From Candidatus Omnitrophota bacterium (GTDB taxonomy: Bacteria; Omnitrophota; Gorgyraeia; JAFGHF01), in the NCBI GenBank assembly GCA_016939375.1, contig JAFGHF010000034.1, forward strand, positions 13,950 to 77,949: DNA of 64,000 nucleotides. Direction: 5' to 3'. A model generated the notes under the pieces. It saw only the letters and a list, made by a program, of their open reading frames with translations. It did no database searches and was not told the origin of the DNA. Made by a program: the position numbers and the translations under genes. Position 1 is the stretch's first letter, and each line of letters starts with the position of its first letter. Shown piece after piece: positions 54,396 to 63,636 of this stretch.

Positions 54396-54953
54396 TCACC
54401 ATCCCTCGATGGTGTGGTTTACAATACGCCTTGCCAAATCAGTGATTGCGATCGAAACCGCAGAGTCCTCAGAGCCGGCATATGTCCCTTCGAGGTTGTA
54501 AGAAGAATCACCGATCACCCTGGGGTCTTCCCACATTATCTTATTATGTTTTTTATCCTCAAGGATAACGGCACAGACCACGCTCACTCTATATTCTTCG
54601 ACTGTCTCATTATCCGCCCCATAGCGCAGCGGCTGCCTAAGATAATCGATTAAATCACCGCTTAAGACCAAATCCGCGTTCTCCTGCTCCACTACCTTGA
54701 GGTGGCCGTCGTTTATGAACCTCTCGATTACCGCCCTGGTTATGTCTACCTCCAATTGCGCGCGATAGGTTCGAAAACGGTATGCGTCATGGGCGAGCTC
54801 TTCAGTCAGCTGTATCTTGTTGCGAAAGGGGCCGATATAAATTGTCTGTAGGTCGCTGGGTAAGAGCGAGCCTGTGGTATAGCCACATCCGCAAATACTA
54901 ACGCTGATCAACAACAGAAACAGCAACAAAAAATTTCTCATCTTAAGTCTCAC
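54396..54953 (-). CDS. lptE: LPS-assembly lipoprotein LptE-like
   Basis: Signal peptide with Cys (LLLISVSICGCGY); 185 aa; position immediately upstream of holA as in the E.coli leuS-lptE-holA arrangement. The sequence-level match to LptE is weak, so the call rests mainly on synteny. Confidence 0.5.
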   Translation of the reverse strand: MRLKMRNFLLLFLLLISVSICGCGYTTGSLLPSDLQTIYIGPFRNKIQLTEELAHDAYRFRTYRAQLEVDITRAVIERFINDGHLKVVEQENADLVLSGDLIDYLRQPLRYGADNETVEEYRVSVVCAVILEDKKHNKIMWEDPRVIGDSSYNLEGTYAGSEDSAVSIAITDLARRIVNHTIEGW

Positions 54954-55912
54954 TATTCTTCATTTTGTTTGCGAATCACTTGCAGTCTCTCCAGAGCCCG
55001 TGCCGCCAATTCGCTATCAGGATACTTACTTAAAATCTCCTCGTAGTATATCACGGCACTTTCCAGGTTGCCCTGTTTCTCATAAAACTGGGCGATATCA
55101 AAACTTTTCTGCGCCTTTTGGTCTTCTAGCGTGCTAATAAAATGCCTGGCTTCCTTTTCCATGTGACTGTCAGGATATCTTTTCACAAAATCCTTAAATT
55201 CTTTGATTGCCTTATCGGTGTCCTCTTCATTATATTCCGGTCCCGTCGAAGAATTGGCGGCACAGATGGCTATTTGGTATTTAGCATCATCGATCAACTG
55301 ACTTTTTGGGTAACTTTCGATTATCTTCTTGAAGGCCAAAGCAGCATTAATATAATCCTGTGTATCCATATAGCACTGGCCTAACTTAAATTGGGCGATA
55401 TCGGCGTACTCGCCATAAGGGGCGTTTTCTACGACTTGGGCAAATATTTCAATTGCCTTGCTTTTTGCAGGCAAAATAGACATGCCTAAGATCTTGGCCT
55501 TCTGCCCCGTATAAAACAAATTTGCGATCTGGTATTCCCGTTCAATTATTTCATCTACCCTTTCGGTATAAGGATATCTATCGATCACCAGCTGATAGTT
55601 CGTATAGGCCCTGTAATATTCGGCTATGTTCTCATAGCAAAGGCCCATATAATATTGGGACTCACTGGCCAATTTGGAAAGAGGGTAGTTCTTAATTAAC
55701 TTTTCGAACTCTCCGGCCGCCTTTTTATAGTCGCCCTCGTTAAAAAACCCCATAGCCCAATCAAATTGCTTTTGTGGAGTTTCTTTAACAGCGTATTTGG
55801 GATTAATGAACTTGCCTGTATCGGGCGTCCAAATCCAATATGCCTGGCAATATCCCCCAAGGCATTGTGCAATCAACAGAACTATGGAAATTGTAAATAT
55901 TTTTCTCATCAT
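54953..55912 (-). CDS. bamD: Outer membrane protein assembly factor BamD-like TPR lipoprotein
   Basis: Signal peptide then TPR repeats with the BamD-like pattern (SQYYMGLCYEN..., DIAQFKLGQCYMDTQDY..., DDAKYQIAICA...); 319 aa. Confidence 0.6.
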   Translation of the reverse strand: MMRKIFTISIVLLIAQCLGGYCQAYWIWTPDTGKFINPKYAVKETPQKQFDWAMGFFNEGDYKKAAGEFEKLIKNYPLSKLASESQYYMGLCYENIAEYYRAYTNYQLVIDRYPYTERVDEIIEREYQIANLFYTGQKAKILGMSILPAKSKAIEIFAQVVENAPYGEYADIAQFKLGQCYMDTQDYINAALAFKKIIESYPKSQLIDDAKYQIAICAANSSTGPEYNEEDTDKAIKEFKDFVKRYPDSHMEKEARHFISTLEDQKAQKSFDIAQFYEKQGNLESAVIYYEEILSKYPDSELAARALERLQVIRKQNEE

Positions 55913-55920
55913 AGCAGCTT

Positions 55921-56307
55921 CTATGTCCTCTGGCAGGCAATAAACTCGCTTATCTGGCCCATATCATCTGGGTCGAGTCCAGTAAACTCTATACCTACTT
56001 CATACTGGTCGCCATAAGCGGTCTTACTTATCCAGGCCACCCGACCAGTACTTCTTACTGGCCTGGCCCCCATAGTCAAAGGTATCTCTGCGGCCAATCT
56101 CAGGTTTAAAGGTAAAAACTCAAAAATTGTCATCCGCGCACCGCCAACGCTGATATCTCTCATCAGGCTACCCTTAAACTCTTTACCATGGGTCTCTATC
56201 TTCTTATAACGCATAGGGTTACTAAAGTTAAAGCGGTGATGTCGTCTTCTCTCTTCCAAGGCATCATTTTCCATCTCGGCGTCTCCCTTTTTTAAGCCCG
56301 TAGCCAT
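55921..56307 (-). CDS. PilZ domain protein (c-di-GMP receptor)
   Basis: RRHHRFNF (RxxxR) and DISVGGARM (DxSxxG) motifs; 128 aa. Confidence 0.7.
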   Translation of the reverse strand: MATGLKKGDAEMENDALEERRRHHRFNFSNPMRYKKIETHGKEFKGSLMRDISVGGARMTIFEFLPLNLRLAAEIPLTMGARPVRSTGRVAWISKTAYGDQYEVGIEFTGLDPDDMGQISEFIACQRT

Positions 56308-56347
56308 TAATTTTACTCTCTCTCTACCTTGCCTGTCAAGAATGATT

Positions 56348-56950
56348 TCAGAAGTTTAATTGCAGCGAAAATTCAAATGTATCGGCATCGAAATCATGCA
56401 CCCTGTCTATATGTTTCCAGCCGAAGGGGACAGTCAACCAGTCATTGATATTCCAATCGATAGTCGCTCCGCATGTGTTGAAAGTAGCCTGGCCCCTGGT
56501 AAAATCGTAGGTATATTCGTCAAAGAGGTGCAAAGTCAATACATCCTCGAAAAGCCACCAGTTCAAAGGCGGCGTAATCACAAAACGCGACTCCCATTCG
56601 GTGGTCTCCTCCAACAACTCCACAGGATAGTTCTCCTCCTGCTGCCAAACATGCTGAAAAGAGGCGCCATAATAAAAAATATCATTGAAAAAGGACGTAC
56701 CGATCTCTGCACCTGCTTCCCTGCGCCACCAATCTTCGCTATCAATATTATGTTGATACTCAAAGAACGGCAAAATATTGAAGGTCCTTTCTATGGGGGT
56801 AAGCTCATAATCTATAGTAAAGGCCGCGCGGCTTAAGTATAGGCTATCATCGTTATCGCTGGCAGCGATCCTTGCGGTATGTATATTTGTAAAACCAAAA
56901 TCTTTGATCTCTGCAAAGGCAAAAGCGGACAAAGAAAATATACCGATCAT
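56348..56950 (-). CDS. Putative outer-membrane beta-barrel protein (the true start may be a non-ATG codon at 56977)
   Basis: Ends in ...FEFSLQLNF, i.e. a C-terminal Phe with alternating aromatic/hydrophobic pattern. The N-terminal MIGIFSLSAFAFA|E is the h-region of a signal peptide lacking an n-region. The in-frame upstream codons encode KIFRKIFIFG and are preceded by AAGGAGG. Confidence 0.45.
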   Translation of the reverse strand: MIGIFSLSAFAFAEIKDFGFTNIHTARIAASDNDDSLYLSRAAFTIDYELTPIERTFNILPFFEYQHNIDSEDWWRREAGAEIGTSFFNDIFYYGASFQHVWQQEENYPVELLEETTEWESRFVITPPLNWWLFEDVLTLHLFDEYTYDFTRGQATFNTCGATIDWNINDWLTVPFGWKHIDRVHDFDADTFEFSLQLNF

Positions 56951-57013
56951 ACCAAAAATAAAAATCTTGCGAAAAATTTTACACCTCCTTAGTATTTTTT
57001 GTTAATGACCAAC

Positions 57014-58336
57014 TTAGTGGTAGGGATAAAATATAAAGAAAAGCAAAGAAAGTATTCCCAAAATCCATAAACCAGGGTGGATGTCCTTTGTCTTGCCAGC
57101 AACTATCTTGACAAAAGGATAAAGCACAAACCCAGCTGTAATGCCGACGCCGATATTAAAAGTAAAGCTCATCAATACTATAACGCTAAAAGCAGGGATA
57201 AGTTCAGTATAATCATGGAAATTTATCTTTTTAATAGGCTCGAGCATCAACAGCCCTACGATGATCAATGCCGGTCCGTAAGCCACCGCTGGCACAGCGG
57301 TAAAAAGGGGGGTAAACAAAAGCGCTAGCAAAAACAGGGCCGAACAGATTAATGCAGTCAGGCCTGACTTGCCGCCTGCCTCGATGCCCGCAGCTGACTC
57401 AATAAAAGTGCCTGTGGTTGTTGTCCCTGACAAGGAACCGAATATAGTACCTAGGGCATCGCAAAGCATAGGTTTCTCGATCTCCGGAAGGTTGCCTTCT
57501 TCATCCAAGAAACCTGCCCGCGCGGAGACGCCGATCAAGGTACCCATGGTATCCAAAAAGTCCATTAAAAACACTGTCAGGATTACGGCAAAAAATCCCC
57601 AGGTAAATGCCCCGGCAATATCTAGCTTAAGACAAATCTCATTCCACCAACCGGAAAAATTCGGCAGCGAAACCAATCTTTCAGGCACTGGCGCAATCCC
57701 TAAAGGAAAAGAAAGCAAGGTAGTAGCTAATATGCCAAAAAGAATGGCACCTTTTACCTTCTTCAGCATCAAAAAGGCGATCAACAGAAAACCGAACACA
57801 GCCAACATAACAGGCGCGGTATTGATCTGACCGACTTTCAAAGGGGCATCGGGCGTACCCACCTTTATCAACCCGCTTACAGTCAAACCCACGAATGTCA
57901 GAAATAACCCGATACCGACAGCAAAGCTATATTTCAAAGATTGCGGTATCGCCTGGGCCATCCAGCTTCTCAGCCTCAAGACCGTCAGCAGGGTAAATAA
58001 AACCCCTCCGATGAATATCGCCCCTAAGGCGGTCTGCCAGCTGTAACCCAAAGTCTTAACCACGGTATAGGCTATAAAGGCATTTTCCCCCATGTAAGGA
58101 GCTATGGCAAAGGGGCGTTTGGCATAAATGCCCATAAGTAAGGTACCAAAGGCTGCCGATAAGATGGTAGCGATCATAGAAGGACCTTTGGGGATACCGG
58201 CAGCGGCTAAGATTGCCGGGTTTACTACAATGATATAAGCTACGGTAACAAAAGTGGTCAGTCCAGCTATGATCTCAGTGCGGATATCGGTATTTAGTTC
58301 CTTTAGCTTAAAGAAATCAACTAAAATGTTACCCAA
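57014..58336 (-). CDS. NCS2 family purine permease (AzgA/PbuG-like adenine/guanine/hypoxanthine transporter)
   Basis: 440 aa, about 13 TM, conserved AzgA-type N-terminus (EIIAGLTTFVTVAYIIVVNPAIL) and ...ESAAGI... region. Confidence 0.85.
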   Translation of the reverse strand: MGNILVDFFKLKELNTDIRTEIIAGLTTFVTVAYIIVVNPAILAAAGIPKGPSMIATILSAAFGTLLMGIYAKRPFAIAPYMGENAFIAYTVVKTLGYSWQTALGAIFIGGVLFTLLTVLRLRSWMAQAIPQSLKYSFAVGIGLFLTFVGLTVSGLIKVGTPDAPLKVGQINTAPVMLAVFGFLLIAFLMLKKVKGAILFGILATTLLSFPLGIAPVPERLVSLPNFSGWWNEICLKLDIAGAFTWGFFAVILTVFLMDFLDTMGTLIGVSARAGFLDEEGNLPEIEKPMLCDALGTIFGSLSGTTTTGTFIESAAGIEAGGKSGLTALICSALFLLALLFTPLFTAVPAVAYGPALIIVGLLMLEPIKKINFHDYTELIPAFSVIVLMSFTFNIGVGITAGFVLYPFVKIVAGKTKDIHPGLWILGILSLLFFIFYPYH

Positions 58337-58919
58337 AGATCTCTCCGGCCCTCTTAGCCATTTTTGAATAAATAAAAGAAGCTGCGGATAATTTTAAGAC
58401 TGCCCCGGGAAGAAAAGGCCAAAACCCCAACATCAAGGTCTCACGCAAACCCAGTTTAAAAAGTATTTCCAACCATAGGCATCCCCAGACATAGATTACC
58501 GCTAACCCCAAAGACATGACCATAAAAATACGAGCAAAGCTCAAGACCTTGGTCCTAGACATAAAATGGCCAATAAGCCAGCTGCCAAAGACAAACCCGA
58601 AGAGATATCCGCCCGTAGGTCCAGAGATAGCGAGTAGACCCGAAGCGGCGTTAGAAAAAATAGGTAGACCTAAAATACCCAATGCTAAGTAGCCCAACTG
58701 ACTGAACGTACCCCAGCTTCTGCCTAAGAAGGCCGCAGCCAAAAGCACAAAAAAAGTCTGCAGGGTTATAGGCACAGGGGTAAAAGGTAAAGGTATACGT
58801 ACAAAAGCGCCCAAGGCGGTCAGGACAATAAAGGAAATAAGCCCGATCAGCTTAGACAAATTCTTATCGACAATAAAGTCCTTTATTAAAATTTCCTTTG
58901 TGATCTCTAATGTCCTCAT
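58329..58919 (-). CDS. bioY: Biotin transporter BioY (ECF S-component)
   Basis: 196 aa, 6 TM, conserved TLQTFFVLLA...GPTGGYLFGF region. Confidence 0.8.
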   Translation of the reverse strand: MRTLEITKEILIKDFIVDKNLSKLIGLISFIVLTALGAFVRIPLPFTPVPITLQTFFVLLAAAFLGRSWGTFSQLGYLALGILGLPIFSNAASGLLAISGPTGGYLFGFVFGSWLIGHFMSRTKVLSFARIFMVMSLGLAVIYVWGCLWLEILFKLGLRETLMLGFWPFLPGAVLKLSAASFIYSKMAKRAGEIFG

Positions 58920-58937
58920 CTTCTCCTCTTTTTACAG

Positions 58938-61900
58938 CTATCTTTTTCCCTCTAGTGCTACTGCCTCTTCAAAACAAGCAATAGCCTCTGAAAAAAGCCC
59001 ATGCTGAAGATATGCCTCTCCTTTTTCATAAAGCAATTTTATTTTTTGCAATTTTTCTTCGTCTTTGCGCTTGGCCAGAAATTCCTCACGTTCCATCTGG
59101 GCCATAGCTTGATCGATTTTGCGCAGATACTCATGCGCTTTTGCATTACTCGCATCCAAGGCTAAGGCCTGATTAAACTTTTCCTTGGCTCTCTGATACG
59201 CATTTTGCTTATAATAGAAAATGCCGTCTGTCAAATAGATCTCTATTTTCTCTTTTTGCCTGTGCTGCTCTTCCTGGGCTAAGCGTTGTCCTTGATATTC
59301 TCCTAGCTCTTCTTGATCAGCCCGTTTTCTGGCCAAGAACTGTTCGTCTTTCCTTCTAGCGACTTCTGCCTCTATCTGACGCAGATATTTCAAGGCGTCT
59401 TTATTGTAGTAATCTAAGTCTAAGACCTTATTGAATTTGTCTTTTGCTTTGGAATAAGCCCCCTGTTTGTAATAAAACTCCCCGGCGGAAATAAGCATTC
59501 TTATCTCTTCCTTATTCTGGCGCTCTTTTTCTTCTTGCTTGCGTTCTTCTTCATTGCGCTTGGCCAGGAATTCCTCACGTTCCTTTCTGGCAATCTCCTC
59601 CTCTATCTTGCTTAAGTATTTAAAAGCGGTTTTATTTGCATAATCCAAAGCCAATGCCTGGTTAAAAGATTCCTTGGCTTCTTCGTAATGTTTCTGCTCG
59701 TAATAATATCTGCCTTGCTCCAGATACTTATCTATGTTTTCCTGAAGTTTCCGCTCTTTTTGCTCAAGCAGGCCTTCTTTTTCCTGCGCATGTCCTTCAG
59801 CGATCTCCACCTCACCGCGGGCCCTGGCTAGGCGTTGTTCACGTTCTTCTTTAAGCACCTCTTCTTTGATCTTATGCAAATATTTCAGCGCTTCCTTATT
59901 GGCGTAGTCCAAAGCCAAAACTTGGTCAAAAACCTCCTTGGCTTTGCGATATTCATTTTCTTGATAATATATCTTTGCTTCGGAGAGATACATCTCGATT
60001 CTCTCCTGGCGCAGTTTCTCTTTTTCCTTTTTAAGCCGCTCTTGCTCTTTCTGCTGGGCCAAAAATTTCTCGCGCTCTATCTTAGCGATAGCCTCTTCTA
60101 TTTTTGTTAAGTATTTCAACGCTTGCTTGTCGGAATAATCTAAAGCCAATACATGTTTAAAGGCCTCTTCGGCGCTTAAATAATCCTTCTGTGCATAATA
60201 TGATTTTCCTTGAGCAAGATAGATATTGATTTCTTCCTCGAGCTTCTCTTGCTGTCCTTTTGCAATATCCCGTCTTTCATCTCTCTTAGTCCTTTCTTTT
60301 TCTATGACCTTGTCTTCTCGCTTTTGCCAAGGCCAGAAAGACTGTTTCTTTTTGTCTTTCTCAAAAGCGATCTCTGCGGTCTTAGCGGCAGCAGCTTGCT
60401 CAAAATCACTGAGCAGTTCTTGCTCTTTCTCGGACATAGCCTGCTCTATCCTATCAAGGTATCCCTGAGCTTCTTTGTTGCTCTGGTCTAAGACTATGAT
60501 CTCTTCAAATTTTTCTTTGGCTTTCTCATATTTCTTCTGTTTATAATAGGCCTTTCCCAGGTCAAAATACATCCTTATCTTGTCTTTTCGCTCACGCTCT
60601 TGCTCTTTAGCCCGGAGTCTTTCTTCCTTGAGCTGGCGTTCTTCTTCTTGGCGTTTGGCTGCAAGCTGCTGACTTTCCCTTTTGGTAATTGCCTTATCAA
60701 CCTTGCGCAAATATTTAAGCGCTTTTTTGTTGACACTATCCAAAGCCAATACCTGATTGAAAGATTCCTTTGCTTCTTCGTAGTGTTTCTGCTTGTAGTA
60801 CAATTTACCTTGATAAAGGTGGTTATCTATCTGTGCTTTTAGTTGGCGCTGCTCTTCTTTGGCCAGCTGTTTTTCTTCACGGCTTTTGCGTTGTGCCTCT
60901 TCGGCCTTGCGTATGGGACGTTCAAACTTCTCATCTAAAAACTCATCGCGCTCTGTCTTTTTCTCCATCCTTAATCTGGCCAGCTCTTCTTTGTAGCCTA
61001 AGGCGGGTAAGATTACTTTTGCACCTTTATCTGCCTGCTCCTTCTTCTCGCTCGGGGTATACGCACCCATTTTGACCAAATATCTGTGTGCGGCCTTATT
61101 ATTCTTATCCACGGCCAGTACGTTTTCAAACTCCTCTTGAGCTTTTTCGTATGCCTTATGCTTATAATAAAACTTGGCCTGCTCCAGATAAATCTCGATT
61201 TTTCCTTTTTTGAGCAGTTTTTCTTCTTTATATTTTTCCCTTGCGGACTTTTTCTCTTCTCTAAATTGCACTAGGTTTTCTTCATAGTCCTGGCGCACCT
61301 GCTGGATATGTTCTTTTTCACCGATCCTGGCAGGGGTCTCTACCGGCATCTGCTGGGAATCATATATCCCCATCTTGACCAGATAGTTGCGGGCCTCTCT
61401 ATTTGTGCTATCTAACGCTAATACTTGCTCAAACTCCCGCTGGGCCTGCTCATATGCCTCATCTTTATAATAGAATTTACCTTCGCCCAGCAAAATCTTT
61501 ATTTTTCCTTTAAGCATGCGCTGCTTTTCAGCAGCAAGCTTTTTCTCCAGGCGTTCCTGGACGGCTTGTTCTTTACGCAACCTCTCTTCAGCCTGCTGCA
61601 AGGCTTCATCCCTCTCCCGGGCCTTGTACTCTACCTCGCGGCGCTGTACCAACATTTCCTTTCGTTTTTTCTTGGCTATTATCTTTTCTATCTTACGCAG
61701 ATATTTGGACGCTTTTCTATTCGTATCCTCTATAGCCAATACTTTTTCAAACTGCTCCTGGGCCTGCTCAAATCTTTTTTCCTTGTAATAGTGGAGACCT
61801 TCCCCCATATGGAACTTGACGGCCTCTTTTTGCTTTTCTTCTTTCTCGGCCTTGATCTTTCTCTCCAGCCGCCGCCTGGCTTCTTCCAGCTTACGCCTTT

Positions 61901-62783
61901 TTTCTTCGGCTTCTTTCTCAGCCTTACGCTGGGTTTCCTCCTGCCTACGCGCAATGCGTTTCTGCTCTTCCAACAAACGCTCTTCTTCCCGGCGTCTGGC
62001 AAGAAGACGCTCTCTTTTTTCCTCTGCTATGTCCTTTTCAATCTTGTGCAGATATTTACGCGCTTCTTTGTTTTTGTAATCCAGTTGCAGGGCCTTGTCG
62101 AACTCCTCCTTGGCTTGTAAATATGCCTTTTCTTTGTAATAATATTTACCCTCGGAGAGGAAAAAGTTTATTTTCTCTTGTAGCTCTTTTTCCCTCTCGG
62201 CCTTTATTCTTTTCTCCAGGCGCTGTATCGCCTCTTCCTGTTCGCGCTCTTTCTCCTCGATTCTTCTCTCAGCCTCAAGTTGAGATTTTTCTTTCTGAGA
62301 CAGCAACTTTGCCTTTTCTACCTCTAATCTTTCCTTCTCTCTTAGCAATTGCTCTCTCTGTTGTGTTAATTTTTCGCGACGGGTGACTAATTCCGGATGA
62401 GCTTCTAATTCGTGTTTCTCCATGAAGTCCAAGACTTCACTGGCCTCTTGCAGTTGGTTCTTCTCGAATACTTTTTTCACCCGTCCGGGAAATGTCTTTT
62501 CATATTTTTCTAATTCCTTCTGCACAAGCTTGAGGTACCACTTAGCCCCTTGATGGTTCGGCTGCAATTCTAGCACCTTTTCAAACTGCTCCTGGGCCTG
62601 GCTATACTCTCCCTTGCGAAAATAAATCCGGGCCTGGTCATAGTGGGCTTTGACATTTGTCTCGGGAGGCTGATAACTCTTTTTAAAAACCCACCAGGCC
62701 TCAGAACTTTGACAAAGACTGAAAGTCAAAACAGCGGCAAAGAGTAGCAAAAAGCCAATTTTGGGCCAAGGACTACGTTTCAT
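58938..62783 (-). CDS. Giant secreted or membrane-anchored repeat protein: about 14 tandem units of a single TPR-like motif plus a charged coiled-coil spacer
   Basis: N-terminal signal/TM (IGFLLLFAAVLTFSLC). After that come repeats of approximately G.YYYKQKHYEEAKE.FNQVLALD..NK.ALKYLRKIE followed by 40-50 aa of E/K/R-rich helix. The C-terminal unit is YEKGEAYLQHGLFSEAIACFEEAVALEGKR; 1281 aa. Confidence 0.7.
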   Translation of the reverse strand: MKRSPWPKIGFLLLFAAVLTFSLCQSSEAWWVFKKSYQPPETNVKAHYDQARIYFRKGEYSQAQEQFEKVLELQPNHQGAKWYLKLVQKELEKYEKTFPGRVKKVFEKNQLQEASEVLDFMEKHELEAHPELVTRREKLTQQREQLLREKERLEVEKAKLLSQKEKSQLEAERRIEEKEREQEEAIQRLEKRIKAEREKELQEKINFFLSEGKYYYKEKAYLQAKEEFDKALQLDYKNKEARKYLHKIEKDIAEEKRERLLARRREEERLLEEQKRIARRQEETQRKAEKEAEEKRRKLEEARRRLERKIKAEKEEKQKEAVKFHMGEGLHYYKEKRFEQAQEQFEKVLAIEDTNRKASKYLRKIEKIIAKKKRKEMLVQRREVEYKARERDEALQQAEERLRKEQAVQERLEKKLAAEKQRMLKGKIKILLGEGKFYYKDEAYEQAQREFEQVLALDSTNREARNYLVKMGIYDSQQMPVETPARIGEKEHIQQVRQDYEENLVQFREEKKSAREKYKEEKLLKKGKIEIYLEQAKFYYKHKAYEKAQEEFENVLAVDKNNKAAHRYLVKMGAYTPSEKKEQADKGAKVILPALGYKEELARLRMEKKTERDEFLDEKFERPIRKAEEAQRKSREEKQLAKEEQRQLKAQIDNHLYQGKLYYKQKHYEEAKESFNQVLALDSVNKKALKYLRKVDKAITKRESQQLAAKRQEEERQLKEERLRAKEQERERKDKIRMYFDLGKAYYKQKKYEKAKEKFEEIIVLDQSNKEAQGYLDRIEQAMSEKEQELLSDFEQAAAAKTAEIAFEKDKKKQSFWPWQKREDKVIEKERTKRDERRDIAKGQQEKLEEEINIYLAQGKSYYAQKDYLSAEEAFKHVLALDYSDKQALKYLTKIEEAIAKIEREKFLAQQKEQERLKKEKEKLRQERIEMYLSEAKIYYQENEYRKAKEVFDQVLALDYANKEALKYLHKIKEEVLKEEREQRLARARGEVEIAEGHAQEKEGLLEQKERKLQENIDKYLEQGRYYYEQKHYEEAKESFNQALALDYANKTAFKYLSKIEEEIARKEREEFLAKRNEEERKQEEKERQNKEEIRMLISAGEFYYKQGAYSKAKDKFNKVLDLDYYNKDALKYLRQIEAEVARRKDEQFLARKRADQEELGEYQGQRLAQEEQHRQKEKIEIYLTDGIFYYKQNAYQRAKEKFNQALALDASNAKAHEYLRKIDQAMAQMEREEFLAKRKDEEKLQKIKLLYEKGEAYLQHGLFSEAIACFEEAVALEGKR

Positions 62784-62786
62784 CTT

Positions 62787-63491
62787 TTAATGTTCTCCGC
62801 CTAACTCGATTACTTTATCAAAACAGTTCATCGCTTCAGAGTAAAGCCCCTGTTGCAAATAGGCCTTACCTTGCTCATAAAGGTCTATGATCTCTTGTAG
62901 GTCTTTTTGTTCCTTCTGTTGCTCTATCAGCCTGACTGTTGTACCATTCAGAAGCTGTGTAGCCGGCTGCGTTTCTTGATTTGTCGGTATCTGTAGTTGC
63001 GCTTGTTTTTTCTCTTGTGCCAGGACTGTATTTCTGGCACGCTGTTCAATAAGATTTAAGGCATCGCTTATTTCTTCGGTTCTTTTCTCTTGCTCTTTTC
63101 TCTTATCGGCCAATTTTTCTTTTTTTAGCTTCTCGATTTTACCCTGGAAAGTATGCTCATATTTATCCTGTTCCTTGTCGGCGATTTTGAGATACCAACG
63201 GGCACCTTGGTGTCTGGGCTGCAATTGCAATACCTCCCTAAAGTCGTTAGCGGCTTTCTCATATTCTCCATTACGAAAGTACTCTCTACCCCTATCGTAA
63301 TGTATTTTGGCCAATTCTCGCGCTACCTCAGGAGGATATTGTTCAGCCCATATATATCCTAATAGTGGGCCTAAAGCAAACCAAACAGCCAAAAATAATA
63401 TTATGACCAGCAAAAAGTTGTTTCTCATTATTTGCCAAGGCCTTCTGACAAGCTTCAATGGATAAAATTTTCCTTTTTTTGATAATATCAC
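62787..63491 (-). CDS. Small paralog of the giant repeat protein (N- and C-terminal units only)
   Basis: Signal/TM, then IHYDRGREYFRNGEYEKAANDFREVLQLQPRHQGARWYLK (compare ARIYFRKGEYSQAQEQFEKVLELQPNHQGAKWYLK in the giant), a coiled coil, and a C-terminal YEQGKAYLQQGLYSEAMNCFDKVIELGGEH (compare the giant's C-terminus). Confidence 0.6.
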   Translation of the reverse strand: MILSKKGKFYPLKLVRRPWQIMRNNFLLVIILFLAVWFALGPLLGYIWAEQYPPEVARELAKIHYDRGREYFRNGEYEKAANDFREVLQLQPRHQGARWYLKIADKEQDKYEHTFQGKIEKLKKEKLADKRKEQEKRTEEISDALNLIEQRARNTVLAQEKKQAQLQIPTNQETQPATQLLNGTTVRLIEQQKEQKDLQEIIDLYEQGKAYLQQGLYSEAMNCFDKVIELGGEH

Positions 63492-63636
63492 CTCTATATC
63501 TCTTGTGTCAAGTGTTTTATAGCGGTCAAGTATTTATGGGCTGGTAAGCTATGACATGTGTAAAGATGAGAATAATGACTGTAAGAGAAAGTGGATAAAC
63601 GAGTTGGGTAAGATGTGTGCATCTGCGGGCTAAAAA

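Noticed and set aside
61425-62120. 231-aa plus-strand ORF (and neighbours 59835-62386) rich in Leu/Phe
   Set aside because: Antisense shadow ORFs of the giant E/K-rich repeat gene. The complement of GAA/AAG-rich coding sequence gives long open Phe/Leu frames.
63492-63636. Possible small RNA or tRNA in the intergenic gaps (63492-63636, 53123-53246, 16131-16184)
   Set aside because: No cloverleaf-compatible acceptor/T-arm patterns or conserved tRNA boxes were recognisable by eye, and the gaps are short and AT-rich. This cannot be excluded without tRNAscan/Infernal.
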